From IMG/VR virus record IMGVR_UViG_3300045988_008077: a DNA stretch of 5,099 nucleotides. One strand, 5' to 3'. Shown here one piece after another: positions 1 to 4,683 of this stretch. Numbering within the stretch: the stretch's first letter is position 1; every line of letters begins with the position of its first letter. This DNA is from a virus. The notes under the pieces were generated by a model, which saw only the letters and a list, made by a program, of their open reading frames with translations, had not been told where the DNA came from and searched no databases. The position numbers and the translations under genes are program-made.

Positions 1-55
1 GTAGTATTAGCAGTAGCAAGACCGGCATTAGCAGAAGAAGCTTTAGCATCAGCAA
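1..55. repeat. Terminal redundancy of a circular genome: 1-55 is identical to 5045-5099, giving a unit length of 5,044 nt
   Basis: Direct comparison: gtagtattagcagtagcaagaccggcattagcagaagaagctttagcatcagcaa occurs at both window ends. The VP2 reading frame is continuous across the junction. Confidence 0.95.
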
Positions 56-398
56 TATTCTTCTCAATCTGACTAACAGAAAGATTCTCGGCTACTTTAG
101 CCTGTTTAGAAGCGGCAGAAACGCCACGAGCCGAGCTAAGATTGCCAGCAACATCAGGCATACCAATACTAGCAGCAGATGCACCTGCAATGCTACCACC
201 AATACCATTAGTAGCGGCAAGAATAGGATTAAGACCAGCATTGCGCATATCTTCCATAGCCCATTGATAACGATGTTTATAATTTTCAACATTCCACGCA
301 TTCTGTTGAGCTGAAGCGGCAGAATTATAATGACCCTGAACGGCAGAACCAAATATAGAACCAGCTATAGAACCAGCCGCATCAGATAACCAAGACAT
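1..398 (-). CDS. VP2: VP2 minor capsid / DNA pilot protein, N-terminal part. Full gene = join(398..1, 5044..4684) on the minus strand, about 252 aa.
   Basis: ATG at 398..396 is preceded by TAAGGAG (complement of 407-413) with 8-nt spacing; the TAA is the VP1 stop. I translated it by hand: MSWLSDAAGSIAGSIFGSAVQGHYNSAASAQQNAWNVENYKHRYQWAMEDMRNAGLNPILAATNG... There is no stop in this frame from 398 to 3. The frame matches the 4684-5019 ORF once the 5,044-nt wrap is applied. The stretch 'QNAWN...YKHRYQWAMEDMRNAGLNPILA' matches the conserved N-terminal motif of gokushovirus VP2. Confidence 0.8.
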   Translation of the reverse strand, partial: MSWLSDAAGSIAGSIFGSAVQGHYNSAASAQQNAWNVENYKHRYQWAMEDMRNAGLNPILAATNGIGGSIAGASAASIGMPDVAGNLSSARGVSAASKQAKVAENLSVSQIEKNIADAKASSANAGLATANT

Positions 399-410
399 AA
401 AATCAACTCC

Positions 411-2150
411 TTAGAAATGGTCAACAAGGCCAGGAGTACCAAACATAGGCATAGGTCGAACAGTAGTGTACTTGAATCCTATATCAATCAAAAATTGAGG
501 CTCGCTGGGAACAGCAATAATACGGCCTATAGGAATATCTTCCTGAATAAATTCAGGACTCAACTTAGGAGCAGTTTCAAAATACTGAGACAAATGCCAC
601 ACATCAAGATTGCCTTTGATGTTAGACCTAAATTTTCCACAAATCACAGAAGGTTTATACCGATACTCGGCATAACGTTCCTGATAGCCAAATACAGAAT
701 TATCCTGTTCGGTATCACCAGTAGCATAAATTTCCTTAAGAAGAACAGCCTGCTCGCCTAAATGAGCAAAAGTAGGCCAGTACCAATCATAAACAGTAGA
801 CCTAGTCCACATACGGTTAATACCTTGCTGATAAGTCAAATCAGCACGAGCGCAACAGAAGCCAAAAACATAACCATGCTCAACGAAAGATTTGGTAAAA
901 CCATGGAACTTAGCACCTGTAACGCCGTAAGCGGAAAGATTGCCTTGCGGTGTCGTATCGTTGGTACTAGAAGTCTGAGCAATAGGATTAATGTTCATCA
1001 TCTTAGTAAACGAACCTAAAAATTCAGGACGCTGCAGCCTGGCATCAGGAGAAACAACGCCAAAGAAAGAGCGTAAGACTTCTGTGTACCGACTACCGCC
1101 ACGAGCAAGACGTTCATAGAACTTCTGCATCTGGAAAGCAGTACGAAGACTGTTGATAGTAAAGATAGAAGATGCATCAAGATTAACGTAAGATTCACTT
1201 CCAAGCAAAGCATTGCCAGGAGTGGCAGTCATAGTAATAGAATCAGAAGAATTGCCTGCAAAACCACCAACATTCGACCAGTCAGAACCAGAACCTCGAT
1301 TAAAGGTTATAGAGCCACTACCAGAAGCTTTACGAGTACCACCAGAGCTAGAAGCACCGCCACCATAAGCAGATACAGCCGCAAGCTGATTAGACGTTGA
1401 CGAAAGGAAGAAGTTAGGCAAAGTACCTTGATTTACTATAGGAGCTGTACCAGCTAAACCTATAGACACACCGGGACCTTTCTGGGTCCAAGGAAGGGCA
1501 GAAGTAAAATAATCATGGCGCTTACCACGAGGTGGACAAGGAAGATAGGTTTCAGGAATTCCCTGAAGCCATTCAGGTTGTTCAGAAACACGGGAACCAT
1601 CAAAAACCTCGTTGGTATCACCTTTTTGAATCTTTACGGATTTCTGCAAATTTTCATCTCTGAACCACTCATTCCAGATAAGATAAACGCCACGAAAAGG
1701 AAGAGCATTAATACCAGATATAGTATTAGGAAGACCTGTAGGAAGACCAAAATAGTCCCAAAGGGTACCTACACCATGCAAGGTATCATCTGTCTTACCA
1801 ACCAAAGAAGTAGTAGGGCAAACGTAATCAGTGGAATCGTCAGGGTCCTCCTGTTCAAAGCAAAAGTTTTGCCAATGATTCCATACAAGACGATTAGGAA
1901 CGAAGAAGAAGAACCAGTCAAGGTAAATATTATCCATAATAGGCTTTACAGGAGTGGCAAGGCGAGAAAAATACCTAACCCTTAAACTGGAAGTGTCGCC
2001 AGGCAAGACCTCGTCAATAAACACAGGAATAAGCTTACCTGAATCAAAGGTAGTCTTATAAACGTGTGAGCGGTCGAACTTAGTGCGACGCATATACATA
2101 GCAGGAGCATCTGAAAAGCGATGACCTTTAACACGGATTCTACGTGACAT
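411..2150 (-). CDS. VP1: Major capsid protein VP1 (gokushovirus F-like jelly-roll capsid protein), 579 aa
   Basis: ATG at 2150..2148 with AAAGGAGT SD (complement of about 2158-2165) 6 nt upstream. Stop TAA at 411-413. The N-terminus 'RRTKFDRSHVYKTTFDSGKLIPVFIDEVLPGDT' is the signature gokushovirus VP1 motif (FDRS..KTTFD.G.LIP.F.DEVLPGDT). Its size is typical for the family. Confidence 0.93.
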   Translation of the reverse strand: MSRRIRVKGHRFSDAPAMYMRRTKFDRSHVYKTTFDSGKLIPVFIDEVLPGDTSSLRVRYFSRLATPVKPIMDNIYLDWFFFFVPNRLVWNHWQNFCFEQEDPDDSTDYVCPTTSLVGKTDDTLHGVGTLWDYFGLPTGLPNTISGINALPFRGVYLIWNEWFRDENLQKSVKIQKGDTNEVFDGSRVSEQPEWLQGIPETYLPCPPRGKRHDYFTSALPWTQKGPGVSIGLAGTAPIVNQGTLPNFFLSSTSNQLAAVSAYGGGASSSGGTRKASGSGSITFNRGSGSDWSNVGGFAGNSSDSITMTATPGNALLGSESYVNLDASSIFTINSLRTAFQMQKFYERLARGGSRYTEVLRSFFGVVSPDARLQRPEFLGSFTKMMNINPIAQTSSTNDTTPQGNLSAYGVTGAKFHGFTKSFVEHGYVFGFCCARADLTYQQGINRMWTRSTVYDWYWPTFAHLGEQAVLLKEIYATGDTEQDNSVFGYQERYAEYRYKPSVICGKFRSNIKGNLDVWHLSQYFETAPKLSPEFIQEDIPIGRIIAVPSEPQFLIDIGFKYTTVRPMPMFGTPGLVDHF

Positions 2151-2228
2151 TTTTTACTCCTTTCTAGAGTGTAAACCTTAAAAATAAACCTAAAGAAATA
2201 TTTATTAAGGTTTAGTTTAATTTTGCGT
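2151..2228 (-). promoter_or_regulatory. AT-rich leader/regulatory region upstream of VP1 with three copies of TAAACCT(T), two direct and one inverted
   Basis: taaacct at 2171-2177 and 2185-2191; inverted copy aaggttta at 2207-2214. The strong SD AAAGGAG lies just upstream of the VP1 ATG. No convincing -35/-10 pair could be identified. Confidence 0.3.
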
Positions 2229-2269
2229 CAGTCGTGCCAGTTACATCAAGTAGGTAACTGGCACGACTG
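2229..2269. other. Perfect 16-bp stem / 9-nt loop hairpin in the VP3-like/VP1 intergenic region; candidate DNA-level origin or primosome-assembly structure, or an mRNA-stabilising hairpin
   Basis: cagtcgtgccagttac (2229-2244), loop atcaagtag (2245-2253), gtaactggcacgactg (2254-2269): the arms are exact reverse complements. On the plus strand it is followed by ccgctg and a T-rich run. On the coding strand no U-tract follows it. Confidence 0.7.
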
Positions 2270-2278
2270 CCGCTGTTT

Positions 2279-2743
2279 TTATTTTTTTTCTTCATTTTCT
2301 CCTAAATTGTTACTTTCATTATTATTTTGTTCTTTTACAATAGAATCTTGTACTACGTCAGGAGTATAAAGACCGTATTCCTGAAGCAAAGTTAAAGTTT
2401 CAGGACGATTCAAACGTTGCACAAATTCCATAGGGTCATGGTTGAATTCCGCACGAAGTTTCGAAGGCAAAGTGTAGAATTCTTCACGAACGCCAGAAAC
2501 AAGGTCAAGAGCAGTTTCGTAATCGCCAGGAAGCGTAGCATCACCGAACTGGAGATACTGGTAAATATCAGTATTACCTAAATCAAGCGTAGAAACGCCT
2601 CTCTGACCGTCGCAATACTTATTGACGATATAATTGATGTCTGTCTCCTCTTTCTCGTCCTGTAGAGTAAGTGAGGGCAAATAGAACACCTTTCCATAAT
2701 GATCATGGGATTCAATATCATCATAGGGAGTCTTAAATTTCAA
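2279..2743 (-). CDS. 154-aa acidic protein, likely the internal scaffolding protein (VP3-like). TTG start.
   Basis: TTG at 2743..2741 is the first start codon after an in-frame TAG and lies 7 nt downstream of a perfect SD, AAAGGAGGTGA (complement of 2747-2757). Stop TAA at 2279-2281. Its size (about 150 aa), acidic C-terminus (ENEEKK) and position immediately upstream of VP1 fit a gokushovirus VP3. The assignment rests on size, composition and synteny only. Confidence 0.5.
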   Translation of the reverse strand: MKFKTPYDDIESHDHYGKVFYLPSLTLQDEKEETDINYIVNKYCDGQRGVSTLDLGNTDIYQYLQFGDATLPGDYETALDLVSGVREEFYTLPSKLRAEFNHDPMEFVQRLNRPETLTLLQEYGLYTPDVVQDSIVKEQNNNESNNLGENEEKK

Positions 2744-2792
2744 AGTTTCACCTCCTTTCGCAGGCGCCTAAACGCGGCGGGCGTAGCGATAC

Positions 2793-2823
2793 AAAAAAAG
2801 ACGCTCTCAAATGAGAACGTCTT
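2793..2823 (-). terminator. Rho-independent terminator for the minus-strand transcript downstream of the 92-aa ORF
   Basis: Stem aagacgctctc (2798-2808), loop aaat, stem gagaacgtctt (2813-2823), 10 of 11 bp paired. It is preceded on the plus strand by an A run at 2793-2799, so the coding strand reads hairpin + TTTTTTTGT. It is flanked by the inverted 6-mers agcgat and atcgct. Confidence 0.6.
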
Positions 2824-2843
2824 AGTTTGCATCGCTCTTTTTT

Positions 2844-2872
2844 ATTTTACTCCTTTTCAGAAGATTTTGCAA
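2844..2872 (-). promoter_or_regulatory. Promoter-like TTGCAA-17-TAAAAT on the coding strand, overlapping the stop of the 92-aa ORF
   Basis: Minus strand reads TTGCAA (2872-2867), a 17-nt spacer AATCTTCTGAAAAGGAG, then TAAAAT (2849-2844). It lies immediately upstream of the terminator hairpin, so its function is doubtful. Confidence 0.2.
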
Positions 2873-3125
2873 CATAATCACGAGCTTCGCCTATAAGTTT
2901 TGGCATTACGGTGTTAAGTTCGTCATCGCTAAGGAAATAGCGACCATCCATATCGCCAATATTGCCAAGATAATAGAGAGCAAAATCATCAGGGTATTTC
3001 GAAATAGGAAATTCAGGGTTATTCACGCTCCCTTCAAAACTGCGAAGAGCAATCAAATCATTATGAGCAACATACGGTGGGCTGAAAGATTCAGCTTTCT
3101 TATCATAAACAGAGTAAATTTTCAT
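2847..3125 (-). CDS. 92-aa small protein, possibly the VP5-like DNA-binding / ssDNA-synthesis protein of gokushoviruses
   Basis: Real ATG at 3125..3123 with an AAAGGAA SD about 10 nt upstream. Stop TAA at 2847-2849. Protein MKIYSVYDKKAESFSPPYVAHNDLIALRSF... Its size and its position after Rep match VP5 in gokushovirus gene order. No motif was firmly recognised. Confidence 0.5.
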   Translation of the reverse strand: MKIYSVYDKKAESFSPPYVAHNDLIALRSFEGSVNNPEFPISKYPDDFALYYLGNIGDMDGRYFLSDDELNTVMPKLIGEARDYVAKSSEKE

Positions 3126-3375
3126 CAGACAAAATTTCCTTTCGAGATCGATACAATTTTAAAACACGATTAAACATCAAAGCTTGCTCCTTGCTGAAAA
3201 TATAATACATATCATCAATACGAATCACGGAACAGCCAGAAGTTTTAATCTTATAACAAGCATATTTACTGCCTGAAAAAAAGGGATTAAAAACATAATT
3301 ATTAAAATTACACCAACGTTTTAAAAATTTAAGCTCATCTATATTATCGCCTCCTTCCGTTATAGTATGACACAA
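3103..3375 (-). CDS. Putative 90-codon ORF in an AT-rich segment, in the same frame as Rep and starting immediately after its TAA. Start codon unresolved.
   Basis: It is the only frame of the six that stays open across 3126-3375, even though the segment is about 68% AT and therefore stop-prone. A strong SD GGAAGGAGG (complement of 3350-3358) lies inside it, but the only ATG downstream of that SD is out of frame. The first in-frame start is the TTG at 3375, the codon immediately after the Rep stop. It overlaps the 92-aa ORF by 23 nt. Confidence 0.3.
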   Translation of the reverse strand: MCHTITEGGDNIDELKFLKRWCNFNNYVFNPFFSGSKYACYKIKTSGCSVIRIDDMYYIFSKEQALMFNRVLKLYRSRKEILSDENLLCL

Positions 3376-4287
3376 TTACAATTGTTTGTCAAGCTTTCTT
3401 CCAAGAAATGTTTTATACTTTCCTTCGAGACACCTGCAACGGTCAACAAGACGTTCAAACGTGTTATTTTCGAGATGAAAGAGCATTTTTTGAACACGAT
3501 TTTCTTTAACGCAGTCAATCCATTCAGGATATTTTTCGGAAAACTTCTTATCATAAAAGCGAGGAGGCCTCATCTTCCTGCCATTGATAACAACAAAATC
3601 ATTGGAATAAACATCTTGACCATACTTCTCAAGCCAAGCTGCACCAATGCCAGGCCTACGAGAAGCTACGAGAAATTCAGGGGTTCGACCTTTATAATGT
3701 TCGTTGGAATTAGAACCAGTCTGTTTTTTAACTATGTAGCGCGCGACATAAGCAGCGGCATCAAAGCTAAACTCACCGATAAGATGCATACCGTACTTCC
3801 AGACTTTACCAAAACGAGGACTAGTATAGGTATTATAGCCATCGGCACGGAATGCAAAAATTTTATCAGACAAATCAATGTTATAAAAAATGTAATGATA
3901 ATGGGGACGACCATGTAATTCACCATATTCGCCACAACCGATAAAACGAATTCCAGAACCAAACTCTCTACGAAGATTCTTCAAAAAAGTTTGATGAAAT
4001 TTCACCGACAAAGATTTATCGGCAGGCAAATGATAATTATCAAAAGTACAAGTTAAGAAATAAGCAGATTCAGACACACGAGCCTCATGCACGCATCTAA
4101 CAGCCCATTGACGTGAACGTTCTAGCCTGCAACCAAGACACTGACCGCAGGGAACACGAATAAACCTATTATCAGAAGCGAGATGAGGATTATTAGCCAA
4201 AGAACCATAGAAAGCACGATGCTGTTTACCGTTTTTAGTATACGCTCCAACAACATCAGTCATAAGCATAGGATTAAAGCAAACCAT
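3376..4287 (-). CDS. VP4: Replication initiation protein VP4 (HUH rolling-circle Rep, phiX174 gene A-like), 303 aa
   Basis: ATG at 4287..4285, stop TAA at 3376-3378. RCR motif 1 is FLTCTF. Motif 2 (HUH) is HGRPHYHYIFY. Motif 3 is AAYVARYIVKK with paired catalytic Tyr, compare phiX A 'YVAKYVNKK'. A CGQCLGCR Cys cluster is also present. Confidence 0.93.
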   Translation of the reverse strand: MVCFNPMLMTDVVGAYTKNGKQHRAFYGSLANNPHLASDNRFIRVPCGQCLGCRLERSRQWAVRCVHEARVSESAYFLTCTFDNYHLPADKSLSVKFHQTFLKNLRREFGSGIRFIGCGEYGELHGRPHYHYIFYNIDLSDKIFAFRADGYNTYTSPRFGKVWKYGMHLIGEFSFDAAAYVARYIVKKQTGSNSNEHYKGRTPEFLVASRRPGIGAAWLEKYGQDVYSNDFVVINGRKMRPPRFYDKKFSEKYPEWIDCVKENRVQKMLFHLENNTFERLVDRCRCLEGKYKTFLGRKLDKQL

Positions 4288-4302
4288 ATCATCACCGTTA
4301 CA

Positions 4303-4322
4303 GATTATAACGGATTATAACG
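4303..4322. repeat. Perfect tandem duplication of the 10-mer gattataacg; together with ccgtta at 4295-4300 it forms a CCGTTA-N7-TAACGG inverted repeat
   Basis: 4303-4312 and 4313-4322 are identical. ccgtta (4295-4300) is the reverse complement of taacgg (4308-4313, and again at 4318-4323). An inverted 8-mer copy ccgttata sits at 3357-3364, at the 3' end of Rep. Confidence 0.8.
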
Positions 4323-4332
4323 GAATTGTCAA
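4304..4332 (-). promoter_or_regulatory. Consensus sigma70 promoter for Rep/VP4: TTGACA, 17-nt spacer, TATAAT, all on the minus strand
   Basis: Minus strand reads TTGACA (4332-4327), ATTCCGTTATAATCCGT (17 nt), then TATAAT (4309-4304). The -10 lies about 17 nt upstream of the Rep ATG with a GGTGA SD in between. A second TATAAT (4319-4314) comes from the tandem repeat. Confidence 0.65.
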
Positions 4333-4438
4333 ATCCTAAATCCGCCTCGCTGTACTCTACGAAGATTTCTACGTCTGGGTCTGGATGTACGGCGGAAGAG
4401 TCGACGAGAACCTCTTCTACTAATCCGACGCCTACGCA

Positions 4439-4678
4439 TTATTTATCTCTCCAAGAACCGAAAAAACGAGAAGAACCTTTAGAAGAATCTTTTTTAGAAG
4501 AAACTGGAGTAAGAACTTCACTAACATCGGCTTGAAAGTCAGAAGCCACCTTCTTGGCAGTAACCAAGTTAGCGCTAGACTTACCTTTTAAAGCTTCAAT
4601 CAAATCTACGACTTCTTGGATAAAGGGAACGACAACAGATACGATAAAAGTAAGAATCATGGTAGTTTTGTTTGACAT
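4439..4678 (-). CDS. Small 79-aa membrane protein with one N-terminal TM helix and a basic, Ser/Lys-rich tail; candidate single-gene lysis protein
   Basis: ATG at 4678..4676 is 5 nt after the VP2 TGA stop, with a GGAAGGTG SD about 6 nt upstream. The ORF track begins at an alternative GTG at 4687. Stop TAA at 4439-4441. Sequence: MSNKTTMILTFIVSVVVPFIQEVVDLIEAL... then a hydrophilic KK/SS tail. It does not overlap the structural genes. Confidence 0.5.
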   Translation of the reverse strand: MSNKTTMILTFIVSVVVPFIQEVVDLIEALKGKSSANLVTAKKVASDFQADVSEVLTPVSSKKDSSKGSSRFFGSWRDK

Positions 4679-4683
4679 AAAAA

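Noticed and set aside
262-272. DnaA-box-like ttgataacg
   Set aside because: It matches only 6 of 9 positions of the consensus TTATCCACA, as its reverse complement TTATCAATG. It is a single occurrence inside the VP2 coding sequence. Microviruses use PriA/primosome or Rep-dependent initiation rather than DnaA.
1016-1213. Hydrophobic alternative-frame ORFs on the minus strand: 1016-1213 and 3732-3962 (Leu/Val-rich), plus 92-352, 4707-4892 and 3360-3554
   Set aside because: They are off-frame readings of VP1, Rep and VP2. A T-rich coding strand gives Leu/Phe/Val/Ile-rich off-frame translations. They have no SD. Microviruses do embed genes (phiX E, B, K), so they cannot be fully excluded. The stand-alone TM ORF at 4439-4678 is the far better lysis candidate.
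417-1985. Plus-strand ORFs 417-761, 762-1019 and 1515-1985
   Set aside because: They lie antisense to VP1, whose identity is unambiguous. Their proteins are low-complexity and have no SD or start context. An A-rich non-coding strand naturally yields long open frames.
2229-2290. Reading the 16-bp hairpin + T-run as a plus-strand intrinsic terminator
   Set aside because: There are no credible plus-strand genes to terminate. A 6-nt spacer separates the stem from the T-run, and the T-run is simply the complement of the Lys codons at the end of the VP3-like gene. A DNA-level or mRNA-stability role on the coding strand is more plausible.
3330-3345. Possible -1 frameshift (A_AAT_TTT slippery heptamer) linking the 5-codon ATG ORF after the GGAGG SD to the 90-codon frame
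   Set aside because: The heptamer fits X_XXY_YYZ formally. There is no obvious downstream stimulatory structure, the upstream ORF is only 5 codons, and the idea was constructed post hoc. It is kept only as a remote possibility.
3376-3378. Stop-codon read-through extending Rep by 90 residues
   Set aside because: The stop is TAA followed by T, which is the most efficient bacterial termination context. There is no read-through-promoting structure. The in-frame arrangement is noted in the findings but read-through is not favoured.
3367-3918. Plus-strand 183-aa ORF antisense to Rep/VP4
   Set aside because: It lies entirely within the Rep coding region, which is strongly supported by the HUH and Tyr motifs, on the opposite strand. 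No RBS is present.
4326-4535. Plus-strand 69-aa ORF in the Rep-upstream intergenic region
   Set aside because: Its S/T/P-rich low-complexity translation runs antisense to the TM ORF and across the promoter. It shows no translation signals.
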